Origin: Tubiluchus corallicola
Lineage: Eukaryota; Animalia; Priapulida
Assembly (NCBI GenBank): GCA_030141605.1
Contig: JAQGDQ010000972.1
Location: forward strand, 10,412 to 74,411
Direction: 5' to 3'
DNA length: 64,000 nucleotides
Shown: piece by piece, positions 32,240 through 44,052 of the stretch
Numbering within the stretch: position 1 is the stretch's first letter
Layout: every line of letters begins with the position of its first letter
The notes under the pieces: generated by a model
Seen by the model: only the letters and a program-made list of their open reading frames with translations
The model's database searches: none
What the model was told of the DNA's origin: nothing
Made by a program: the position numbers and the translations under genes

Positions 32240-34012
32240 TCACACAAGCGTCTCTAAAACATACGCCATCTCTTCACTACTGTGCAATGAACTCAGCCCA
32301 GTATCTGATGAATTACTATCATTATCACTCATCACTCTAGATTTGGCAAATTGCGCACCGTATGAAGTTGAGTCACAGATTTCTAATTCGTCGGAAAAGG
32401 AGACTCTTTTCTCGATAGGAGACACATCATAAATGGCTTCATAATTATTTGAGTTGGTTGCACAATTTGGTGTAACAGCACCATTTTCTGAATGGGGCAT
32501 ATATTTGTGGACCATACGAGAAGTTGAGGTTATTGGTTTGCACCAAAGTGAGATTTGTTGTTGATTGTCGTTGTCGTCAACACTGCTGTCACCGTCACTG
32601 CTCGACTCGCGATGATATTGTGACACGTGATATACTCCGCAGTCAAGGTCATCATCATTCTCACATGCCGAGTCATTATCATCATTGCGGACACATGCTG
32701 AGACATCTACTACATCAACCTGTCCTTCTTCACAACCTGATTCACCAAGTTCTTCTATAGGTTCAAGAACAGACAAGTGACTCATCAAATATTCAAAAAA
32801 TTGCTCCTTTTGCCTGAGTTCGCACTCGTGTTGTTTGATCTGAGATGCCATTTCTTCTGAAAGGAGCTCCTGCTCTAATCGCAGATCGACACTTTTTTGT
32901 ATCTGCTCCTGAATTGTGTTAAACTCACGATCAATAATACTTTCATTTGAATGCGGAGCTGCTTCATCTAGATTCGTTGTTTCATCCAATATCTGAGTGG
33001 ATATATCGTGTACTGATTCTTCACACTCAACAATTCTTTTGTTTATCTCGATCAGGCCTTCACACATCTGCACGTAGTCGCGCAATTCTGACGACGTCAT
33101 ATTGCAAACAGCACTGTCGTCACTGTCATCAGTAAAATCACTGAGGTACGTGTCTTGCAGATAGTTCTTTCCATCCTGCTGCATACGACAGTGATGAGTT
33201 CTTGTCTCATAAAGTTCGATTTGCACGTCTAATTCGTGAAGTCGACTTTGTTGTTCGCGGATTCTTTGATCCTGGGTTATAATACACTGGACCAAGTGTT
33301 CCAATCTACGAGCGCTTTTGTCATTGTCACCTTTCCCGCGAACTTTCGAAATATCTGTTTTTCTTACTTCAATGTCTAACCTACTCTCAGATGAACTTCG
33401 TCTGTTATTGGCAGTCTTTTCATCACTCGGTCTTTTTCCGGGTAAAACTTCAACCGAACTTTGTCGCTTAACCCGAGAAGGTTTATTCATAGAGTTTAAC
33501 TTTTTATCACAGGTAGGTTTTTCACTATTTTTTGGAGAATCTTCCCAAGTAACGCTGCGCTCTTTGCGAGTAGTTTTATTTCTAGAGCTTTTATCAGTTC
33601 TAGAGGACTTCACTACGCACTTCTCAAGTAGCGAATTTTTCTCAGGATCAGAGTCTTCACTGGATTTCCCGTTTCGAGATCTCTTCTTTGACTTGCGGAA
33701 TTTCATTTTAGAACGCGACCGCGTGTACGTTGTAGACGAAAGTTTCTTCAGAGTAAATCGGACGTTTTTCTGTTCGACACCCCACGCCTTCCATATCCGG
33801 AGCAACTTGCTCCGACCGGGTAGATGTTTTTCCACGTCTCGCCACTGTTCAAATAGCGCATACGTGTTTGGGTTAAACTCAATCCGATGTTCCTTATTTT
33901 CTCGCTTTAGCAGAGCATAGACGATTTCATCACAGGTCGTATGACGCGTGACACCAGCCAGGTGCTTCTCTCGGCCGCCGAACCAGACCGTTATCCCGAC
34001 ATGCGAGCTCAT
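32240..34012 (-). CDS. RASSF10: N-terminal Ras-association domain family protein, RASSF9/10-like (590 aa, single coding exon)
   Basis: N-terminal RA domain (ITVWFGGREKHLAGVTRHTTCDEIVYALL...YALFEQWRDVEKHLPGRSKLLRIWKAWG.EQKNVRFTL), central coiled coils, and a C-terminal SDTGLSSLHS...ETLV motif characteristic of RASSF9/10. A splice acceptor lies at 34026. Confidence 0.88.
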   Translation of the reverse strand: MSSHVGITVWFGGREKHLAGVTRHTTCDEIVYALLKRENKEHRIEFNPNTYALFEQWRDVEKHLPGRSKLLRIWKAWGVEQKNVRFTLKKLSSTTYTRSRSKMKFRKSKKRSRNGKSSEDSDPEKNSLLEKCVVKSSRTDKSSRNKTTRKERSVTWEDSPKNSEKPTCDKKLNSMNKPSRVKRQSSVEVLPGKRPSDEKTANNRRSSSESRLDIEVRKTDISKVRGKGDNDKSARRLEHLVQCIITQDQRIREQQSRLHELDVQIELYETRTHHCRMQQDGKNYLQDTYLSDFTDDSDDSAVCNMTSSELRDYVQMCEGLIEINKRIVECEESVHDISTQILDETTNLDEAAPHSNESIIDREFNTIQEQIQKSVDLRLEQELLSEEMASQIKQHECELRQKEQFFEYLMSHLSVLEPIEELGESGCEEGQVDVVDVSACVRNDDNDSACENDDDLDCGVYHVSQYHRESSSDGDSSVDDNDNQQQISLWCKPITSTSRMVHKYMPHSENGAVTPNCATNSNNYEAIYDVSPIEKRVSFSDELEICDSTSYGAQFAKSRVMSDNDSNSSDTGLSSLHSSEEMAYVLETLV

Positions 34013-36639
34013 CTAAACATCTGATCTGTAAAAAAAGAAAAAAGCATGAAGCAATTAGCGCAGGTAATAATGCAGTTCATTATACGGATGGGGTGGAAAG
34101 TGTGTCAGACAGAGAAATTGCTGTATTCGTCCCCGCGCATGCAAAAGCACAATACAGATGACAGGATAATTGCAGGACAAATAGACTTGGAATCAGCAGA
34201 TAGGAATGCTGATAAGATAAAGAATAAAGCTTTTTTAAGTCAGCCTTTGATGTCAAGTAAAAGACTACAGGATCAGCGTAATAATGATCAGGACCGCAAT
34301 AATGTTCGCTGCCGTTCCTCAAACGAGTTCGAAGAACCTTGAGGACACATGTAACTCAAGGTAATCTTCATTTTAACATCCGCCATAAAAAGCCACAATA
34401 TTAATTTAAATCAATCTATGACACCGCCATAAATTCAACAACCGAGAAAAGAAACATTGTAACTTCCAACTGCCACTGTACGTGCTGTTTAAGAAAAGGC
34501 AAGGCGATAATAACGCATTAAAGCAGTTAGCTAGAGTGAGTCTATGAAATGTTATAGACTGTGTAACGATGAAAAGAGAAATTCCAGTAATGAGCACGTA
34601 TAATCTTTTTTTATAGTCCAACTTTTAAATATATTGTTTACAGCTTAGAAAATACGTCTTTACATCAAGAATAAAAAAAATTGAATTCTCTTTCGTAGTT
34701 TCAAAACATCTTTTTTGTAATGATGAAAAGAGTTGACGACGATAAGCATTTAATTCTTGAATGTAACTATTACAATGCTTTAAGAAATAGCTTGTATTTC
34801 CCCAAACTTTATGAATCTAACAGTACAGGAAAAGTTTGTACTTCTGATGAATGAAATGGATTTTGAACTTGGAAACTTAGTTTCAAAGTACACCACAGAC
34901 TGTTTTGAAAGAAGGAAAATAAAAGCTTAATCACAGAAAATCATATTCATCTGACAGCAATAACACATTATTGTAATTATGTTATTTTTGTAAACTGTCA
35001 ACTTTCAAAACTGTGAACTTTTTAACCTGTGACGATTATAATCAACTTGTGTGATTAGTGATTTTTTATGTACATTGTATTGTATATTGTATTGTATTGT
35101 TCGTCGATAAACTTTAATATTTAGTCGGAAGCTTTCATCAGCTGAAATGACTATAATGAAAACATGCGCTATTTGCTACCCGAAAGGTTTTTTGGGTCTT
35201 TTATGTTTAAAGTTTTAAGTCTTTAGTATTCACATACACAGCTTTGCAAAGTTGCCATTATAGATTATAAATATTTAAAAATCTCTACAAACTGTTTCGT
35301 AGACGCTTTTGTGTATGAAGACAGTTGGCCTAGAAGCGAAATTTAAACAATAAGTAATATACTTTTAGATAATTCGATAATACACATTTCAGGACTGCCA
35401 GCACACTGCCGAGGTTAAGGCGGGACCAAAATCTCATTACCAAAGACAAAGATAAAACACTTAGCCGACGAAAATGTTTTAGCAATAGTTGGAAGAAAAA
35501 TATCTCAAGCAGTATTTATGATAGTCATTAATCTATTTTCTGAACAGGTTTGGCGCTGCATAACTTTTGCAGACAAATTCACACTGTAACTACTCGGCAA
35601 TAAATTCACTTTATATGAAATGTGTTTTTTTCAGCAATAAACGGGGGCTATGTAAATTAGTTCACGCTGTAGGCGTGAAACAAAGAAGTGAAAGCTCTAC
35701 AAAAGGATGTTAATCCTCACAACTTTTCATGTTATACTGTACTAAGGCTTTCTATCGACGATTAGGTCTCATTCTAAAAACTTTAGAAATGTACAATGCA
35801 CTGGGGGTTAGGTAATTGCTTGTTGAAAGAGTCCAGGGGAAGAATTAGTCTAACAATGTAATTGCACCGGTGTGCGAGAAATTCAAAAGTAAAAAATGAC
35901 AATAAACATCCTGACCTAATAACTTGATCGCTCTGGATTCCTTTGGTAATTACGCTTTCTTTATGTTGTCAGAACAAAAACAGACAAAAAAGATAGCGTT
36001 TGCATGCGCTGTTTTCTGCACACACCTGCGTTTGCATGTAGATTTCACTTTTTTATACGCATTGTGCGACTCTACATGTTAGACTCCAGCACTCAGTCAC
36101 AGACCTTAATCTTAATGGTTGTGAACAGACCGAAACATTGCCCATTATTAAGGTTAATGTTTTAAGATAAGATACTGACCGTCAAAGATGTTTTAGTAAC
36201 ATTTCTATATGGATCGAGGTAAATACCTTAACGAGGTGAACAGCCAAAATCGGTATGGTGAATAAAACGAGCACTGAATACAGACAATCACAAACCGTTC
36301 ACTGACTATCGTCAGCGCTGCTTAACTTTGATGGCTAAACGTACATCGTCACCATTTTGTTATACCATGATACCATCGTCACCAGATACCATGAAATATC
36401 CTGAAAAAGGATGTTCGTGTTTCCAGAAATTTTAATTTCCAAATCACAGATGATACATTTCTAAATACTTTCTGACTAACTGCGTGCTGACTGAGAATTC
36501 AGACCTGCTTGGGCTAACATCTCAAGTCACTATCTCTATTCGTCTGAAACCACAAAGGTTCTGGATTCGAATCCTTTTTTCAGAGTCATCGTCCTTTTCA
36601 AATTAGACTGTTGATTAGAGTTGTTTATTGGCGAAATTG

Positions 36640-36770
36640 TCGAGAAGACTTTGCAAGCCCCATGATGGATGATTATGAGGTCTTTAGAAAATAGTTGCTC
36701 GCCACTGGAGTGTCTAAGCATCCCTCCCTTTATCAACTTTTTATCAATAATGCCAAACGTCTTCCTTAAC
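36640..36770 (+). mobile_element. Possible highly decayed LINE RT fragment
   Basis: Translation TGVSKHPSLYQLFINNA weakly resembles the RT motif SGVPQGS.L.P.LF..FINDL. Confidence 0.25.
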
Positions 36771-37654
36771 ACAAACCATTGCGATTGGGTTTTAGCAATT
36801 TGTTTTACGTTCAGATAAAATGCTCAACGTCATCGCTAAAGAAATTGGTTTCTAATTTTGAAAACGGACTGTGACCAAAGATCGTTGAATCGAATGACCA
36901 TACGATCGTGGAACTGCCACGATTGTTACTAAATGCTAATGTAATCATCGAAGATGTTCAGTTATCCCCGGACCTCGAAGTAAGTAATGCCACTTAAACC
37001 CCGTCCTGATAGCGGGGCCATAAACTCATCAAGAGAAATTAGAATTAAATCCAATAGTGAACCGTCCAAAACCCGTTATACTCACTTATTCCACAACAAT
37101 CAGCCCTAATCATTTATAATATCGCCATACATCTTTACTTTATTCAGTAGAAAGTCATTGATGTCATTGTTAAGTATACTCTATAATCAACGAATACTCT
37201 ATGAAAAACTTGCTTAAAGTCAAGTGCGTCTACTATTGTAGAAGAAATGCATGATATAAAGTTATTATTAGGTATACGACAATAGCATATCACCATTACT
37301 CTTTCGTGTGAAAGATAACTTATCACATTTAAAAAGCATAAACGTGTATTTTAAAACTTTTACTGGGCCCTTATCTCATCATTACTATATCCATCTGTCA
37401 CCTATAAGTCTCTATTATCTCGATCTTTTTTTGGAAAAATTGGAAGCGTACGGCCATTTTTATTACTGCACTTTGTATGATTACTTTAAGATGTACAGGA
37501 CAGAGGTATGTTTGCTTAACGTAACACCGAACCATTGATACTTAACATTGATACCACATAGAAAACACGAAAATAATTCTATTCCTGCTGCTGTTCATAA
37601 TGACGACGCTGATGTGATGATAATGACGGACCATACTAACGCCGACGATGTATT

Positions 37655-38161
37655 TAAATACATTAACAACATCAGCAAACCATTCCAGAATAACAGATTT
37701 ACCTTTTTTCCAAATCCTATCGTTAATTCCAGAACAGGCAATCTAAAACAAATTAGGACAAATACCCACTATGGAACGAACTCTGTAATCAAATAAGCAA
37801 TTTTACTTTGGAATTCTCTACCATTACAGGTTAAACAAATCAAGTCCCTATCAGCATTTAAAACAAAATTAAAATCACTAATATTAACCAGATATGAAAT
37901 ACCATCACACCAGTACGACAACATGCACACTAATTCAGAATTCATATACCCACGGCCATATTAATTAAATCATAGTTTTTTATATTTTTTTGTGTATAGT
38001 TGTAAATATGTTTGATTTTATTCGTCATTACTGCACAGTAGTTTAGATTGCACTGACGCATTTGCCTTCAGCAGTGTAAGTTTTTATTAACTAACACTGA
38101 TTGATTATCTCTGTAAAGTTTTTATCAGTGATTATCAATGTTTTTAATGGCAAATAAAGAT

Positions 38162-38195
<34 letters not shown>
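37655..38195 (+). mobile_element. 5'-truncated CR1/L2-group LINE 3' end
   Basis: RTNTHYGTNSVIK*AILLWNSLPLQVKQIKSLSAFKTKLKSLIL is a typical CR1/L2 ORF2 C-terminus. It is followed by a 3' UTR, AATAAA and a (TA)n tail. Confidence 0.8.
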
Positions 38196-38197
<2 letters not shown>

Positions 38198-38329
38198 ATT
38201 ACGACAACAACAATTGCAATGAAGATGTAATGACAGTAACAACAAAAATGACTACGATGTTTAATTGTAATGATAATGATAATGATGTGCTGCTGCTGTT
38301 GTCGATGGTAATCTATAATAATAACAATA

Positions 38330-38420
38330 ATATGGTGATGATGATATAGTGGTGACGACGATGACGATGATGATGAAGACGACGACGACGACGACGATGA
38401 TGAAGATGACGATGATAACG
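38330..38420. repeat. (GAT/GAC)n trinucleotide repeat
   Basis: Seen directly. Confidence 0.9.
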
Positions 38421-41400
38421 TATGACTGATATATATCACGACAACAATAAAATAATGTCGGCAACGACAATGATGAAGAATGATGGTAGTGTTGCTCCTA
38501 CTGCCGCTGTTGCTATTAGAGAAGTAGAAAAAGCTCGTGACAATAATAATGATGACGATGGCAACGAAGATATCAATGAGTTAATGACGATTTTGAAACA
38601 AGCTAGCTTGATCACAAAGTATAATAATGCCGCAGATATTCAGGTATTTTTCATTCCTACGTACAAAAGATAGAAATTTTGTCGATTTAATTTAGTTACG
38701 GGCCTTGTCTATTTAAACGAATAAGAGATATGTAAGTTTACAATTTAGTATTAGTCTTGTTCGCTTCTTACAAATTGGGAGTTTTTACACTTTATTTTTA
38801 TTAGATGGATTGTTGCGTGAGGATGACCATAACTGTGTCTAAACGTTGCAGATGTTGTGTCTGAATAAAAACACGTCTTGCCTTAAGTGGATGCTGGCTG
38901 TTATTTTCATTCTGAGGGGAAATACAGTATTAAATTCGAGTTTAATGGTGCTTTCAGAGGACTGAAAATCTTGGAGGCAGGACGCAGTATCAGCTGTGCT
39001 TAAACGTCGCCATTCGACTAGAATAAATAAGATTGGGAAACTTTCTCCCATGGGAATTCGTCTGAGTGACAGATTGCTTACTGTGTTACATTGATGGAAT
39101 AATAAATGGGCAGGTAGCGATTGTATCATTTACTGAAAAAAACACGGTCGAACTAAAACGTGGACACATTCACGTTTTTCATAATATCGTAATTTAGAAA
39201 CTTAAGCTCATAAATACTGCAAGCAATAAAAATGAAGCTGGTCGCGGAACAAGCACATTTCTATACGGATCAGCACATATTCACACGTCCTTGTGTTGGA
39301 TAACGCAGCTTTGCAAAGTGTTATGAAGACATTCATTATTAAAAGTGGAAAACACTTCTGACTTCCTCTCGGTATTTTTTGAAACCGTGATCAGCCGTAA
39401 AGATTCACGATAATGACGATAACACGTCTAACGCTAAGCGCAGTTGCACATGATGACTAACTACTGACACATCTTATCAACTTTGAATTAAGACATACTT
39501 TTTATGATATATAATAAAAAAAATTGAAAAACGTATGTAGTTAATCAATGTCGTCATCGTCATACTATCGCCTATGTCATCGTCATTGTACAACTATGTA
39601 AAATTAGCAAAAATTATGACATGAACTCAGTCACTGATATAACACGAGCAGACTGATGTTAAGGTAGCAAGTATTAAAAACTAGGAGCAATTTTTTGTTT
39701 GTTACAACAAGTCCATGAGAAAGTTGAAGCAATAGCTCAACACAATATTTCCCTACAGTATATGTGGCCCCACCACGGGCTTAGAAGTCCTTATTGTTTT
39801 ATACTATAAACTGTAGCGTTGCCATCTTGCAGTCACTCATCCATGTAATAGCCAGATACGGCGATTCTTACATTTAGCTTTGCTCTAAATTACGAGACTA
39901 ACGTCTTTCGGTTTAAACAATAGTCAGTGATGGCACGGAAATCTGTTTTTCAACAAACCTTTGTGGCAAACTACATTTTTTACTGAGACGTTAACCTAGA
40001 AACAAAGTTCTGATAGGGCAGAACTACACATTAGGTCCATTATGGAGGTTAATTTATCCTGCTTATGGCCCCAAAGGAGTAGTTATTTACTCTTCAATTA
40101 ACAGTCTGCTCGCGTCCAAGTTGTACTGCAATTAATGGATAGACACCGGATCAATCCATTCTAATAGTCGTCTCCACAGACTTGTCTTTGTGTAGAAGCA
40201 TATAAAGACTCATCTACCGAATAGAGGAAACATACGTGTACGCGTGTACACATTGTAGTGTACTTAGCATGAGGCGTGTGTACACACTGTAACAAACTTA
40301 GTAAGGACGTGTGTACACATTACGGCTCCTGTGTTCCAATGTCCTGCAAGCTGTGCTTGATCAGATAAATATGCATGTAATAATGAAGTATAAATATTTG
40401 TTCAAATTCACGTTTATTAGATTCTCCATGTACGTGCAGATGGATGGGTGTTATTAATCTCGTACGTTGTAATAATCGCCGATATTTTCAAAGCCGGAAA
40501 AGACAATTAATTTTGATTAATGGTATTAAGCAACGTAATCATGCACTTCAGCGTGCTGTGCAATTCGGTACAGACGCTGGAATAATTTTATTATGATTTA
40601 TCGAGGACATATCTGACGTCATATCTATGTTATTGATTTGAGTAATTATTGTGCTAAAGCATCTATTTTCGTTATTTAATTTCAGTTATCTAACAGACAC
40701 TAAGTATATTGAGTAAGGACAGTTTGGCAAGATGGTTAAGAGCGGTCCTGGGGTGGACAAGTGTTAAAAACGTCCCTGTTGCGCTTGCCCAACGAGTCTG
40801 GCTAATATTATTGGCTATCAATTTGTACTGTATTGCGTACAATACACGTAGTACTTTATAAAGGTGTTTCAGAACCTGTTGAAAGCACAAAAGTAAGTAA
40901 ATGTAATCACCAAACAGTTGACAATTTCAAAAACGTTTAAACGTAGTCAGTCTTGGTAATTGTAGAATAACGTATTAGTATTTCAATACTTTTTTGATAT
41001 GCACGATAGAAACCGGAAATAACGAGTTAATAAGACGTTCTGACCCGGAAATTACGTCAAAAACCAATCATCGTCGTGACAAAAATAATCTGTGTTTAAT
41101 AAAATGCACATTTTTAGGGTCATAAAGAAAAACAACGTAGAGCTGGAAAGTAGAAATTTACGTCCAAAGTAAAATAATTGGCATACTAGCATCTCGAGGT
41201 GCACTAATTACATAATAATTTTGAGAATGACTGGTTGAAATATTGAGTTAACTGTTACTCATTCACCTCGTTTAAGTAAATTAATAGTGAAACAAATGCT
41301 TATATATATATAAGTATAAAATATATTAGTATATAAGTATATATAAGCATATAAGTCTTAAATCGAACTGACTTAAATCATCGAATGGCTTATAATTGTA

Positions 41401-43826
41401 CCTTTTCATATTCTAAACCTATATACATCTACAGGAAAACGCGGAAATGACTGCTGAACGCAGTAATCCTATAATACAGACACGCACAGGGCAGTAATTA
41501 CGCCATTGTAAACACAGAACAAAATATAATATGGAATAGATTAATGAAAAAAAGTACCAAATATAGCTTATGACCAACAAAAAACAGATACCTGCTGAGT
41601 CATCGTCCCGGTTCTGTATTGCATTGAGCATCAAACTAAATAAACACTATTCTGGACAGTTATTTTGTTGTGAAATATTGCTGATTCATGAAGGCTTTAA
41701 CGGATCTTATTATTTGTATAATCAATTTCGTCAAAATCCTTGTTTGCGTCACTTAAACTCTATGCAATCAAACTTGCAGGATTCACAGCAGTGTACCGGT
41801 ACTGCCCCACACTGAGTATCATTTACCTTTAGCGACAGCATCCCTTCTTCCACACAAAACTCAGGAAGAACCTTGAACATCATTCTAATTGTCTTTGTTA
41901 AATCCTTGACAGTACAGTTGACAGAATAAAGCACTATTCACACGCTAGTACGCAAACTACTAAACGTCCCTGACAAAACGGTTTGTAGATTATAAAAACT
42001 GTTCACACACTACAGTTTCAACAAACTGTCTGACATCCTCAAACTGACGGTTAATTCGGTTAGCTATTAATTACTAGAATCTACCTTGTTACCTGTATTA
42101 TTTTAACTTCCTTGTTCCACCTCAAGTGGATGCGTATTACATGCGTAGGTTACGCAGCATAGATATCGAGTTGTTACGCCTGGTGATTGTAAACAATCTC
42201 GCGCGTGACTAACGTTTGTTTTGAAACTTTAAATGCATGGATACTTGTACTGATAGCTTCATTAATGTTATTAGAGAAAAAATACAAGAAAAACTGAAAA
42301 ATCTTATCATGTTTTCAATCAAGGAACTGATTTAGGAACCAGTCAATTCAGATTAAAAATGTTTTTGATCAAACTGGCAATTATTAATGATTGCTGCCTA
42401 ATTTTATGATGAAGAGCTTGTTGATCGCTAGCAGTGCCATTAAATTCAATGCAGTTCTTGCAATTATACCACTTTATTAGATCATGTACTTAAGGTAAGA
42501 GGTTACTTCGTATGTTTTCTTGTTGAGCGTTTAGTACCAGCATACTCTTGGCAACAGCACTAGTGCCAACAAAGCAGCAGCAGCAGCAGCAGTAGCAACG
42601 TAGGCAGCGATAGCAGCAGCAACAGTAACAAAAATAAACCAAACAATTGAAACAAGGTTCTTCGAAGTTCAAGTAGACCTCAAAGCTAAGACTTAGGTTT
42701 AAACCACTCGGCCACTAAGATTAGAATAGATACAAATTTCAAACAATGTCTTGCATCTACAGTGAATCCAAGAGTTGCAGCGTATTCATATTTGCATTTA
42801 ATTTCATTAATTTTTAGTAAATTCAGTTTTGAGAATGCTATCCTTACGCTATACTAGTTGTTTTTGTTAAGAATTTGTTTTCGGACTCATTTGATGTGCG
42901 CATTAATATACATTCCAATGAACGATTTTAAGTTTTTTCTTCCGGAAAAGAAGTTTTCATTTTTCATTGAATGGCGCCACTGTTTTTGAAAATGCGGGCA
43001 ACGATATACTATTCTATTATTTTATCATAACAATAGATATTGCCATTGCGAATTTTATGTTTAAATTAACGTGACTGTGATATTACACAATTTTAGGACA
43101 TCCAGCTGAATACTCAGTCTTTTTGTTGCGAATAGACTGCCTATCTTTGACTAATTAAATTAGCTATCGCCTGTAATTAAATTTATAATCAGACGAAAAA
43201 TTACTGGGCTGACATTTTAAAATGTCTGCCTCCAGTATCAATGCGTCGTCATAGTAAATTTTAGCGCGTTGTTAAGGAAACCCCCGGAGACATACAAGTC
43301 AGTAATAATAAAATTCTGCGGATGATTTAATTAAAGAAAACATCACAAACAAATTACAAAAACCCACAATGTAGGATCAATAGGAATGTCCTACCACCCT
43401 AAAATGAACTACAACGTTATTTTTCACAGAAAGTTTTATAAACACATTACTCTGATTATTTTTTATTATGGACCCCAATAGCGTAAACAGTGAAAATTAA
43501 TGAAAATAACAATACCTGCTTTGCTGCTTTTGTACGATTTTGGTTGATATTTTGTCACGCGTTCGAATGTATCCTGAGACATTTCAGTTAGTGATTACAG
43601 GTCTTCTTAATGATTAAACCAATTAGGATGTTACAAGCAATAATTATTTCTGCAGAAGGCTGAGACCAAATTAATGGGGCTTGCTAATTATCAATGATCA
43701 CCTGTTACCTTTTATGGAACAGATATAACGCATTTCCCTAATCACAGAATAAAAAAAAACTGCATGTGAGCAGTATAATCTGCCATTGTCGGAGTTTGTT
43801 ATGCCTTGCATGGGTTCCTATGTCTT

Positions 43827-44052
43827 GAGTTGGGTGGTCGAGTGGCCTAGATTTCAGACTGCAACCACGCAGTCTTGAGTTCGAAACTAGCGGCTGTCCA
43901 CATCAGGACTTATCCCTGCATGTTATTCGTTATTTGTGTGTTACGTCCTTACCTGTTTTGTTGTAAGTGAAAGTTGCTAAATAACAGTTAGTGGGTAATG
44001 TTGTCTGTTAAAATGAGCGACTGTAAATAAAAGTTGTCTTTGTCTTTGTCTT
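43827..44052 (+). mobile_element. tRNA-derived SINE
   Basis: A box TGGTCGAGTGG (43835), B box GAGTTCGAAAC (43877), AATAAA and a (TGTCTT)n tail. The hexamer tgtctt also precedes the element. A related A-box head remnant lies on the minus strand near 42660-42718. Confidence 0.7.

Noticed and set aside
33318-33920. 200-aa plus-strand ORF (also 11261-11755 and 12779-13252 on the minus strand)
   Set aside because: Antisense shadows of genuine coding sequence, with no recognisable motifs.
43827-43900. Functional tRNA gene
   Set aside because: A and B boxes are present, but there is no consistent cloverleaf and the sequence continues into a SINE body and tail.
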